A stretch of DNA of 40,340 nt from a virus. This document shows, piece by piece, positions 1 through 8,673 of the stretch. The notes beneath the pieces were generated by a model. The model made no database searches. It saw only the letters and a list, made by a program, of their open reading frames with translations, and was not told the DNA's origin. Both the position numbers and the translations under genes were made by a program. Position 1 is the stretch's first letter. Each line of letters opens with the position of its first letter. The stretch lies in UHGV virus genome UHGV-0384112. The stretch is one strand, 5' to 3'.

Positions 1-50
1 TTAATTATTACATTGACTTCGCTGAAGCTTTCATTCCGATGGTGAGATAA

Positions 51-102
51 CCCCCCCTTAAAATAAATCGCAAATTTTTTGGGGGTGATGAAACGGAGGG
101 GG
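51..102. other. G/C homopolymer runs (C7 at 51-57, G5 at 81-85, G5 at 98-102) in otherwise AT-rich DNA just upstream of terS; candidate cos/packaging-site element
   Basis: Seen directly. It lies between the HNH endonuclease (if the genome is circular) and terS, where cos sites sit in HNH-terminase phages. There is no experimental anchor. Confidence 0.3.
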
Positions 103-152
103 CTGTCAGGAAAAGAGATTTTTTCGAACTTTATCATGAAAGGAGGGCTAAA

Positions 153-467
153 ATGTTTAAAAACGAATTGTCTCAAAATCGCTACAGAGAAAAATTACGC
201 CGCTCTTTAATAAGCCAATTGGAAAGTCAGAAAACAAATATTGAGCCATTCTTAGATAATGTTGATCGTTATATCAGTTTATGGGAAACGGCGATATCAC
301 TGGAAGAAGATATATCCGAGAACGGCATTAGACTGGAGAATGGTAAAAAGAATGAATCAGTAGCGTTGCTTGTTTCTGTCAACAAACAAATGGGATTGAT
401 GTTGGATAAACTTGCCATTACTCCTGAATTGGTAGGTGAAGCAAATGAATCAATTCCTGAGTTATAA
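153..467 (+). CDS. terS: terminase small subunit (P27-family-like)
   Basis: 104-aa ORF immediately upstream of, and overlapping, the large terminase. Size and position are typical. The call rests on synteny. Confidence 0.6.
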   Translation: MFKNELSQNRYREKLRRSLISQLESQKTNIEPFLDNVDRYISLWETAISLEEDISENGIRLENGKKNESVALLVSVNKQMGLMLDKLAITPELVGEANESIPEL

Positions 468-2139
468 GCATATTGAAAATTGGTTCAAAGCTATAGAAGA
501 AGGCACTATCAAGGTATGCAAAGAGCAATTATTGCTAAAAAATTATCTAGAAGAAAGAGTCTTTACTAGAGAAGATATTTACTTCGATAAGCAGATGGTA
601 GAGGATTCAATCAATATACCAGCACAATACTTTCCATTCGAATTAATTCCGTGGGAAAAATTTCTACAATGTTTTATTTATGGTGTTCGATGGAAAAAAG
701 ATAAAACACTAGTGTTCAATAGATATCTTTCATTAATGGGACGTGGTAATGGTAAAACTGGTTTTGCTTCTTGGAACAACTTCTTTCTACTAACCGCTAA
801 ACACGGTATTAAAAATTATGATATTGATATCTATGCCAATAATGAAAGCCAAGCAAAGACTAGTTTTGATGATGTATTTAAAGTAATTAAAGATCATCCT
901 GATTTAGATAAAAAAGTATTTAAAGCTACGAAGGAAGTTATTCAAAATATCGCTACAAACAGCAAACTTCGTTATAACACGGCAAATGCTAGAACAAAAG
1001 ATGGGAAGCGACCAGGTGCAAACCGCTTTGATGAAATTCACGAAAATGAAGATTATTCAATGATAAATGTGGCTACTTCTGGTGGTGGTAAAATTCGAGA
1101 TTATAGAGAATTTTATGATACAACTAATGGTCATGTTCGTGGTGGTCCGCTTGATGACATTATAGAAGAATCAAAAATGATTCTTTCTGGAGAACTTGGA
1201 ATTGACAAGGATGGAGCAGAATTTTCTAGTTTGTTTCCATTTATTTGTCGCTTGGATAACGATAATGAAGTTGATGATCCCGACATGTGGGAAAAAGCTT
1301 GTCCAACTATTAATTACAATGCAGATTTAAAACGGAAAATGTTTCAAGAATACTCTCAAATGCAACGTAATGCTGGTTTAAGACTTACGTTCATGACCAA
1401 ACGAATGAACAGACCTATGGAAGATACACGATTTGCTGTTGCTTCATATGATGATGTTCTGCATACGAAAGAAAAAGAATTTCCTGAAAAAATGGATGAA
1501 GTGATAGGAACAGTCGATTTTGCTGATAGACGAGATTTTGCCAGCGTTGGGTTGCTAGGAAAATACGATAAAGATGTTTATTTTACACAACATACTTTTA
1601 TCCACGAATCAGCCCTTCGATTACAAAACATCAAACGAGAGGTTATAGATATTTCTATAGATCAAGGAAAATCACAGATCGTTCATGGAAAAAATATAGA
1701 AGCTGATTATATTGTAGGTTGGTTTCTTGAAATGAGTAATAAATATTATATTAAAAAAATCGCTATGGATATGTACCGTGCAAAAATATTGAAGCCCGCT
1801 TTAGAAGAAGCAGGTTTTACTGTGGAAATTGTTCGAAGCGGATCTGTTACACATGGTATGTTAAAAGATCTGGTTGATGACCTTTTTATTAATCAACGTT
1901 TATTTTTTGGTGACGATGCGATTATGCGTTGGTATTGCATGAATGTATATGAAGAGCATATTTCTAATGGAAATATACGCTATGAAAAAATAGAACCTGA
2001 AACTAGAAAAACGGATGGCTTTTTTTCATTCCTTCATGGTTTGAATTTTTTAGATGATATTTATGATTCTGCTCCTGTAACAGTCACAAATAGCTCAGTA
2101 GAAAATACAGGAACTGGATTTACTCCTCTAGTATTCTAA
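436..2139 (+). CDS. terL: terminase large subunit (Terminase_1-like ATPase/nuclease)
   Basis: 567 aa with Walker A-like GRGNGKTG. Position between terS and portal. Typical length. Confidence 0.85.
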   Translation: MKQMNQFLSYKHIENWFKAIEEGTIKVCKEQLLLKNYLEERVFTREDIYFDKQMVEDSINIPAQYFPFELIPWEKFLQCFIYGVRWKKDKTLVFNRYLSLMGRGNGKTGFASWNNFFLLTAKHGIKNYDIDIYANNESQAKTSFDDVFKVIKDHPDLDKKVFKATKEVIQNIATNSKLRYNTANARTKDGKRPGANRFDEIHENEDYSMINVATSGGGKIRDYREFYDTTNGHVRGGPLDDIIEESKMILSGELGIDKDGAEFSSLFPFICRLDNDNEVDDPDMWEKACPTINYNADLKRKMFQEYSQMQRNAGLRLTFMTKRMNRPMEDTRFAVASYDDVLHTKEKEFPEKMDEVIGTVDFADRRDFASVGLLGKYDKDVYFTQHTFIHESALRLQNIKREVIDISIDQGKSQIVHGKNIEADYIVGWFLEMSNKYYIKKIAMDMYRAKILKPALEEAGFTVEIVRSGSVTHGMLKDLVDDLFINQRLFFGDDAIMRWYCMNVYEEHISNGNIRYEKIEPETRKTDGFFSFLHGLNFLDDIYDSAPVTVTNSSVENTGTGFTPLVF

Positions 2140-2140
2140 C

Positions 2141-3337
2141 TTGAAAGGAGGTGAGAAAGTGGGGATTTTTCAAAAGGCGGTAGGATACTTCACAAAAAAA
2201 GCAACGGTTCCTTTAGAAGAATACTTTTGTAAATTGCAAGTTGATTTTGTGTATCGAAAATTTGCGATTGAAACTTGTATTGATTTGATTGCAAATGCGA
2301 TGAGTAAAGCGGAATTCAAGTCATATGAAGATGGAAAAAATAAAAAGAATGATCTTTACTATAGGCTGAATGTAGCTCCTAATAAGAAAAATAATGCAAC
2401 AGAATTTAGAAAAAAACTGATCAGGAGATTAATATTCTACAATGAAGTATTGATCGTTTCTCCGTCTAATAATTCTAGCGAAATATTTATTGCGGATAGT
2501 TGGGATGTCACAGAATATGCATTGAAAGATGATGTGTTTTCTCAAGTGCAAATTAACAACATAGTCCTTGATAGAGAATTTCTAGAAAGTGATGTTATCT
2601 ATATAAAATACGCAGATCAACAAATTAGGCAACTAGTCGATGCGTATTATCAAGCGTATGGGAAACTCATTTCTAGTGCCATGAATGTTTACAAGCGCTC
2701 TAACGCTCGTAGATACGTACTGAAAGGGAATTTATTCCGACCGCAAGACAATACAACACAAGATCAAATCAATAAAATGATGACATCACAATTTAAGGCT
2801 TTTATGGAAGCTGATAATGCAGGTGCGGTATTTCAATTACAAAATGAGTACACATTAGAAGATTTCAGCGGAAACTTCCAAAGCAATTCAAGAGATATAA
2901 AAAACTTAATAGACGACATCTTTGAGATGACAGCAGCAGCGTTTCACGTTCCGAAAAACCTACTAAAGGGAGACATGAGTGGGTTATCGGATCAAGTGGA
3001 CGCTTTTTTAATGTTCGAAATCATACCGATTGCTGAACTTATTCAGGATGCGTTTAACGCTAGTCTCTATGAAGTAGAAGAATACTTGTCAGGGAATTTT
3101 GTACGTGTGGATACAACTATGATCAAGATTACTAGCTTCAAAGATTTGGTTGACGCTATTGATGTAGGCATTAGAAATGGAGTATTTACAATCAACGAAG
3201 GAAGAGAACGCGTTGGAAATGATCGCTCTGATAAGGCGATGGCAGATGAAATATTTATAACTAAAAACAATCAACAAGTATCGAAAGGAGGTGAGGCGAA
3301 TGACGACAATGAAAACATTTCTAGCAGTAAAGAATGA
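2141..3337 (+). CDS. portal protein (HK97-family-like)
   Basis: 398 aa, directly after terL and before the prohead protease. Canonical order. Confidence 0.8.
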   Translation: MKGGEKVGIFQKAVGYFTKKATVPLEEYFCKLQVDFVYRKFAIETCIDLIANAMSKAEFKSYEDGKNKKNDLYYRLNVAPNKKNNATEFRKKLIRRLIFYNEVLIVSPSNNSSEIFIADSWDVTEYALKDDVFSQVQINNIVLDREFLESDVIYIKYADQQIRQLVDAYYQAYGKLISSAMNVYKRSNARRYVLKGNLFRPQDNTTQDQINKMMTSQFKAFMEADNAGAVFQLQNEYTLEDFSGNFQSNSRDIKNLIDDIFEMTAAAFHVPKNLLKGDMSGLSDQVDAFLMFEIIPIAELIQDAFNASLYEVEEYLSGNFVRVDTTMIKITSFKDLVDAIDVGIRNGVFTINEGRERVGNDRSDKAMADEIFITKNNQQVSKGGEANDDNENISSSKE

Positions 3338-3986
3338 AGGCGCAGTACCGCAAATTTTTATTCAGGGATTTATTGGTTCTAGTTGGTTCTTTGAAGGGAA
3401 TACTGACAAGGGAATCAAAAATATTTTGGATAGTCTAGGTGATCAAGAAGAAATTGAAGTAGTAATTAATTCAAACGGTGGAGACGTATTTCAAGGGATT
3501 GCTATTGGGAACTTACTTAAGTCAAATAAAGCAAAAGTTAACGTTGTGATTAACGGCTTAGCCGCTAGTGCTGCTTCAATTATCGCAATGGCTGGCGATA
3601 CTATAAAAATCTACAACAATGCACAATTGATGATTCACCGCGCTTCCACATACGGAGAAGGAAATGTCGATGACTTCCGTACGATTGCTGACCAACTGGA
3701 ATCAATTGATAAATCGGTAAAGGCTTCATATAAAACACGATTCAATGGCACAGATGAAGCATTGCAAGAACTTCTTGAAAAAGAATCGTTTATGGATGCA
3801 GAAACAGCTTTGAGTTATGGATTGGTCGATGAAATTATCGATGCAGAAAATAGCTCAGGTACTGAAGCTAAAAAAGAACAAAGCGTTGAAGAAATTTTGA
3901 ATGACGTTAAAGAAAAAAGAGCAGAAAAAATTGCTGCATTTACAGCAGCATTAAATAAAACATTTGGACAAGGAGATGTAAAATAA
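3300..3986 (+). CDS. prohead serine protease, ClpP-like
   Basis: ClpP-like motifs VINSNGGDVFQGIAIGN, GLAASAASIIAMAGD (Ser) and MIHRA (His). Strong RBS GAAAGGAGGTGA upstream of ATG 3300. The ORF track start at 3291 is probably too early. Confidence 0.8.
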   Translation: MTTMKTFLAVKNEGAVPQIFIQGFIGSSWFFEGNTDKGIKNILDSLGDQEEIEVVINSNGGDVFQGIAIGNLLKSNKAKVNVVINGLAASAASIIAMAGDTIKIYNNAQLMIHRASTYGEGNVDDFRTIADQLESIDKSVKASYKTRFNGTDEALQELLEKESFMDAETALSYGLVDEIIDAENSSGTEAKKEQSVEEILNDVKEKRAEKIAAFTAALNKTFGQGDVK

Positions 3987-5146
3987 TGACAGTTAAAAAT
4001 TTAAAAGGTGTAACAGCTGCAAGCGACCAATTGATGAAAGCTTTTAAAGATGGTAACGAAGAATCTTTTAGCGCAGCTATGGTAAGCTTATCTAAGGAAA
4101 TTCAGGATAAAATTTTAGAAGAAGCAACAGCAAAAAATCAAGATCAATTAGTATTAATGAACCGTGGTCAGCGTGTATTAACTACACAAGAAACAAAATT
4201 CTATAACGAAGTAGTGAAAAACGAAGGTTTTGCAGGGGTCGAAGAATTAGTGCCAGCTACTGTATTTGAACGTGTATTTGAAGATTTAGAACAATCTCAT
4301 CCACTATTGCAAAAAATTACTTTTGTTAACACAACTGGTGTAACAGAATGGATTGTGTCACGTGGAGTCAATCCAGCATGGTGGGGTAAACTTTGCGAAG
4401 CTGTTAAAAAAGTTTTAGATAATGGCTTTGATGTAATTAACATGAAGCAGTTCAAGCTATCAGGTTATATTCCTGTATGTAAGGCAATGCTTGATTTAGG
4501 TCCAGTATGGTTAGATCGTTATGTCCGTACTGTTTTAGTAGAATCATTGAGAATTGCATTAGAACAAGCAATTGTTGATGGTACTGGTAAAGATATGCCA
4601 GTCGGAATGATGCGTGACATGAGCAAACAAACTAGCGGAGAATATGCTGAAAAAAAAGCAGAACCTATTACAGCTTTAGATGCTGTAACTATGGGCGGTT
4701 TGATGGCGCGACTATCAAAATTCAATATCGAAGGTGTGAATGATCCGATTTATCGTAATGTGAATCCTTCTGATGTGGTCCTAATTGTGAATCCAACTGA
4801 TTACTGGTCTAAAGTATTCCCAGCTAAGACTGTACTAACTGCTAATGGAGAATACGTACAAGTATTGCCAGTACCAGTTTCAGATTTGCAGTCAACGGCT
4901 GTGCCAGAAGGAAAAGCAGTTATTGGGGTAGCCTCAGATTACTTCATGGGTGTAGGATCTACACTAAAAATTGAAGCTTCAGATGAATACCATTTTGTTG
5001 AAGACGAACGCATTTATCTAGCTAAACAATATGCAAACGGTCAACCTAAACGTAACGATAGTTTCATTGTATTAGATATTAGCGCTTTGGGAACTACTAC
5101 TACAACTACAAAACCAACAACCACAACAACTACAACACAAGCGTAG
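3986..5146 (+). CDS. major capsid protein, HK97 fold, with N-terminal delta/scaffold-like coiled coil and a C-terminal poly-Thr tail (TTTTTTKPTTTTTTTQA)
   Basis: 386 aa following the protease, with translational coupling (ATAATG). Typical size. The C-terminal run of (ACW)n codons at 5093-5146 is seen directly. Confidence 0.8.
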   Translation: MTVKNLKGVTAASDQLMKAFKDGNEESFSAAMVSLSKEIQDKILEEATAKNQDQLVLMNRGQRVLTTQETKFYNEVVKNEGFAGVEELVPATVFERVFEDLEQSHPLLQKITFVNTTGVTEWIVSRGVNPAWWGKLCEAVKKVLDNGFDVINMKQFKLSGYIPVCKAMLDLGPVWLDRYVRTVLVESLRIALEQAIVDGTGKDMPVGMMRDMSKQTSGEYAEKKAEPITALDAVTMGGLMARLSKFNIEGVNDPIYRNVNPSDVVLIVNPTDYWSKVFPAKTVLTANGEYVQVLPVPVSDLQSTAVPEGKAVIGVASDYFMGVGSTLKIEASDEYHFVEDERIYLAKQYANGQPKRNDSFIVLDISALGTTTTTTKPTTTTTTTQA

Positions 5147-5155
5147 GTGATCAGA

Positions 5156-6031
5156 ATGAAGTATATTCTTTGTCAGCCGGCAATCAATCGGTTTAAATGG
5201 GAGCTTGAAGTTTGTTTAACTAATCTGAAGAAACTAGGAATCAAAGATATCGTATTGCTTTTCAGCAGACACGATGATCAGATTCCTATTTTTTTTGAGA
5301 AGGAATATGGTGTTGAAGTTCATGTGTACGATGATCTGCGGGACGACAAAGAGTATATTCCTTCGATTAAACCATATTTATGGTGGAAATATTTAGAAGA
5401 AGATCATTCGCGTGAGGACGACCGATATTTCTATATCGATTCGGATGTCATTTTCAATAAAAGAATTAATTTGCGCAAATTGCCTTCTAAAGATGATGTT
5501 TGGTATTGTAGCGACTGCTGTAGTTATCTAAGTCTTGATTATATTAGAAGCTGTGAAAACGGAGAAAATATTCTAAAAGATATGGCAAACATTGTAAATG
5601 TTACAGTAGAATCTTTGGAAACTATAAACACTAATTCAGGAGGCGCACAGTGGGTTATTAACCGTCCTAAAGCGAATTATTGGAAAAAGGTTTATCTGGA
5701 TTCTAATCGGCTATATCGCTACCTTAGAGGGCAAAAAACAAATATACAAATCTGGACAGCCGAGATGTGGGCACAGCTTTGGAACATGATGTATTTCAAT
5801 ATTGGTCCTAAAGTTCACGAGGAATTAGACTTTTGTTTTGCTACTGATCCAATAGAAAAAGTTAAAGAAGTAAAAATCTTACACAATGCTGGAGTAACAA
5901 CAAACGATGAAGATTTATTTTTCAAAGGGAGATACGTGACTTCTACGCCTTTTGATGAAGATTTATCATTTGTAAACAAGAAAAAATGCTCTTACGCATA
6001 TGTTAAAGCAATTAAGGCGGTGGTTAGATGA
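5156..6031 (+). CDS. putative GT-A fold glycosyltransferase (GT8-like motifs) embedded in the head operon
   Basis: A hydrophobic strand followed by DxD (YFYIDSDVIF). About 60 aa later comes NSGGAQWVINR, which resembles the GT8 NsGv motif, then KILHNAG. RBS AGGTGA precedes ATG 5156. The stop overlaps the next gene start (ATGA), so it is co-translated with the structural genes. Confidence 0.45.
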   Translation: MKYILCQPAINRFKWELEVCLTNLKKLGIKDIVLLFSRHDDQIPIFFEKEYGVEVHVYDDLRDDKEYIPSIKPYLWWKYLEEDHSREDDRYFYIDSDVIFNKRINLRKLPSKDDVWYCSDCCSYLSLDYIRSCENGENILKDMANIVNVTVESLETINTNSGGAQWVINRPKANYWKKVYLDSNRLYRYLRGQKTNIQIWTAEMWAQLWNMMYFNIGPKVHEELDFCFATDPIEKVKEVKILHNAGVTTNDEDLFFKGRYVTSTPFDEDLSFVNKKKCSYAYVKAIKAVVR

Positions 6032-6339
6032 CGCCTGAACAAGTGACTGAAGAATTGCTAATAGCTGTGAAGGATAATATTTACGTTACCTGGAACGAAG
6101 AAGATGAGTCAATTAAAAAGATGATAGCTAAAAATGCTGTTTATCTTCAAAGTAAAGTGAGTACAACACTTTCTTTTTCTCCTGAAAGCTTAGAATACGG
6201 ATTGCTAATCGAAAGATGTAGATACGACTGGAATCGTGCTTTAGATGAGTTTGAACAAAATTTCGCTAGTGAGTTATTAGGTTTCATTCAACATTATGCG
6301 CTACAAGAATATATTGCAGGTGATGTGAATGGCGAATAA
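6028..6339 (+). CDS. head-tail connector protein (gp6-like)
   Basis: 103 aa, first gene after capsid/GT. Synteny with HK97-like head-tail joining modules. Confidence 0.5.
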   Translation: MTPEQVTEELLIAVKDNIYVTWNEEDESIKKMIAKNAVYLQSKVSTTLSFSPESLEYGLLIERCRYDWNRALDEFEQNFASELLGFIQHYALQEYIAGDVNGE

Positions 6340-6682
6340 TCGTAGACTCGAAGAAACATTCAACGATGGTTGGTTAAAGATTTTGACGCAAACTACCAAA
6401 AGAAATGAACTAGGAAAAAAGATTGGTGTAGAAGATACAGAAATCACTTCTTTAAAATTTAGAAATCTTTCCATGAGAGATAGTGATATAACAGCTATGG
6501 ATGCGATGGGATCGAAATTAACTAAGAAAGTAAAGACTCCATTTCATCCAATCGCCAAGAAATTTAATAAAGATCAATATTTTATCGTAATCGATAGTAT
6601 GCGTTACAACGTTATCTATGCCGATTACGATAATTTTTATATCTATTTTTATCTTGAAAGTGTGGGTGAATATGGTGATTGA
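6329..6682 (+). CDS. head-tail adaptor / head closure protein
   Basis: 117 aa, overlapping start and stop with neighbours. Call by synteny only. Confidence 0.45.
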   Translation: MANNRRLEETFNDGWLKILTQTTKRNELGKKIGVEDTEITSLKFRNLSMRDSDITAMDAMGSKLTKKVKTPFHPIAKKFNKDQYFIVIDSMRYNVIYADYDNFYIYFYLESVGEYGD

Positions 6683-7073
6683 TAATTCTAAAGAAAAAGA
6701 ACGTTTAAATAAGCAAATTTCTGCTATCAAAACTTCCTTAGAAGAGCATTTTGGCCTCAAACTCTTTCAAGACTCCGTAGGCGAGGATGAGCTACCTGAT
6801 GATTTTAATTACTTCATTCTCGAAACAGGAGAAATAGAAATGATCACTGAGCCAAAATATAGCGTGGGTCAAAATCTATATCTAACTTTCTATTCAGAAA
6901 ATAGAGAAGATTTAACAGGAGACTCACTAGATATTATTTCATTGATTCAAAATCGTTCGATTCGTTTTCAGAGAATGGATCCCAATCATTTAAAACTAGA
7001 GAACCAAGATCGCTATATCGATCAATTGGTATTTACGTTTAGACGATTATTGAAGAGTGATTGTCATGGCTAA
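6672..7073 (+). CDS. tail-component protein (HK97 gp10-like)
   Basis: In-frame ATG at 6672 overlaps the stop of the previous gene. Call by synteny. Confidence 0.4.
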   Translation: MVIDNSKEKERLNKQISAIKTSLEEHFGLKLFQDSVGEDELPDDFNYFILETGEIEMITEPKYSVGQNLYLTFYSENREDLTGDSLDIISLIQNRSIRFQRMDPNHLKLENQDRYIDQLVFTFRRLLKSDCHG

Positions 7074-7470
7074 AAATAGTTGGGAGCTAAAAATAAATGG
7101 ACATGATGAACTTCTTGTGCGGATGGAACGCTATTCAAGCGAGAGCGAACGACTGATTAACGAAGCATTGAAATCAAAAGGTTCGGCTATTGCAGTGGAT
7201 AGGATTACAGAAAAAATTCCTGTTTCTGAAGCAGATTTAAGAAGAGGGCACCAACACGCAAAAAATAGTCGTCCACTTAAGACTCAATACATTAATTTGG
7301 GTTTCATCATTAGACCTACAAGAAAATTTGAGTATTTAAAATATCCTGATTTGGGGATAGGTACTTCTAAAAGAAATCAGCCGGACGAATTTATGAGAAG
7401 AGGATTAGGTCTTGCACTTGATCCAATTACAGAACTTCTGATTCGTCAATTCGATAAATTAAATAAATAG
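7066..7470 (+). CDS. tail completion/terminator protein
   Basis: ATG 7066 overlaps the previous stop (ATGGCTAA). Positioned immediately before the major tail protein. Confidence 0.4.
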   Translation: MAKNSWELKINGHDELLVRMERYSSESERLINEALKSKGSAIAVDRITEKIPVSEADLRRGHQHAKNSRPLKTQYINLGFIIRPTRKFEYLKYPDLGIGTSKRNQPDEFMRRGLGLALDPITELLIRQFDKLNK

Positions 7471-7481
7471 GGGGAACAACA

Positions 7482-8090
7482 ATGGCTAAAACAAAAACTG
7501 TAGTAACAACGTTCGATAACGTAAGTATCAAACGAATTGCTTTTAATTTTAAGAACGCAGGAAATGCAATCGCAACGAATTGTAATGGACAATTAGATGG
7601 CGAAACAGAAATGCAAACGGTGGTTAAAAAATGTGGAGCGACAGAAGTAAAATCAAAATCTAAACCAATCAATATGACGGTAACAATTACTGCACATGTA
7701 CCGATGGAAGTTTATCGACGTTTCAATGGGTTGAAACAAGATGGACGTATTAAACCAGGCATTTACTCTTACGGTCCTGATTCCGTAGGCGAAGATTTCT
7801 CACTTGCTGCAGAGATCGTGGATGACTTCGAAGAAAATAGAAAGTTAGTTGGTATGTTAGCATGCACTTCGAATACAGGATTAACATTCTCTATTGAAAA
7901 TGGTGCGGATGAAGTAGCTGCGTTAGAACTAGAAACAAAAGTTATGCAAGATGAATTTGGTAAATTTTATCATGAAGCAATTGTTGCAGAACTTGAAGAA
8001 GACTTAACAGATCAATGGATGACGAATCTATCTGCTGATGTGATTAAAAAAACTTCAGTTGTGACAACTACGGCCACTCAATCACAGTAA
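7482..8090 (+). CDS. major tail (tube) protein with a Thr-rich C-terminus (SVVTTTATQSQ)
   Basis: 202 aa with RBS GGGGGAAC. It directly precedes the chaperone-frameshift-TMP block. The Thr-rich tail is seen directly. Confidence 0.65.
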   Translation: MAKTKTVVTTFDNVSIKRIAFNFKNAGNAIATNCNGQLDGETEMQTVVKKCGATEVKSKSKPINMTVTITAHVPMEVYRRFNGLKQDGRIKPGIYSYGPDSVGEDFSLAAEIVDDFEENRKLVGMLACTSNTGLTFSIENGADEVAALELETKVMQDEFGKFYHEAIVAELEEDLTDQWMTNLSADVIKKTSVVTTTATQSQ

Positions 8091-8109
8091 AAAAAACGGA
8101 GGTAGCGAA

Positions 8110-8472
8110 ATGAACGAAGATTACTCAAAAATTGAACTAAACGATGGAACAATTTTGAATTTAGAACCTAAACTGAATATCAAGAAATTATTGATGATCA
8201 ATAGAGATTTTAACACAGACGAGTTTGCAAAAATGACTGTGGGAAAAGGATCCATGGATATTTCTGTTATTCAAGGTGCAAAGGCTGTGTATATTGCTTA
8301 CCGCCAAGCGAACATGACTGATTATATTTCATTCGATGAATTTATCGATAAATGGGATTTTGATATGGCTACTGCCAGCTATATTTATCAATTGATGATG
8401 TTCAAACAAGCACGCGATGCTTATCAAAAAGAATTTGAAAAAGCAAATAAGGAAAAAAAGCTTCAAAAGTAA
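8110..8472 (+). CDS. tail assembly chaperone (gpG-like, short form)
   Basis: 120 aa immediately upstream of the tape measure. It ends shortly after a canonical slippery heptamer. Confidence 0.6.
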   Translation: MNEDYSKIELNDGTILNLEPKLNIKKLLMINRDFNTDEFAKMTVGKGSMDISVIQGAKAVYIAYRQANMTDYISFDEFIDKWDFDMATASYIYQLMMFKQARDAYQKEFEKANKEKKLQK

Positions 8473-8657
8473 AAATTCCAAAGCTCTTAGTTGAAACGTG
8501 GGTCGATGTCTATTCGATGTTGACCGACGTTTTTTCTATGCCTTCAGATTTGGTTTTAAGCGATATCTGTTTAGATGACATTTTGCAAATGGCTTACAAC
8601 AAGAGTGCTTATGAAGGATGGAAAAACTATGCAATAAACCAATCCCAGAAAAACTAA
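8110..8657 (+). CDS. tail assembly chaperone frameshift fusion (gpGT-like), join(8110..8460, 8460..8657)
   Basis: The conserved G/GT arrangement of siphoviruses. The -1 frame ORF was translated by hand (…KKASKVKIPKLLVETWVDVYSMLTDVFSMPSDLVLSDICLDDILQMAYNKSAYEGWKNYAINQSQKN*). Confidence 0.5.
8454..8460 (+). promoter_or_regulatory. programmed -1 ribosomal frameshift slippery site A_AAA_AAG
   Basis: The heptamer sits in the 0 frame (GAA AAA AAG) nine codons before the chaperone stop. The -1 frame stays open from 8460 to a TAA at 8655-8657, adding about 66 aa and ending 16 nt before the TMP start codon. Confidence 0.55.
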
Positions 8658-8673
8658 AGAAAGGAGGTAAAAA

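Noticed and set aside
3067-3277. Two minus-strand ORFs overlapping the portal and protease genes
   Set aside because: Antisense to strongly supported structural genes, with no RBS and low-complexity products.
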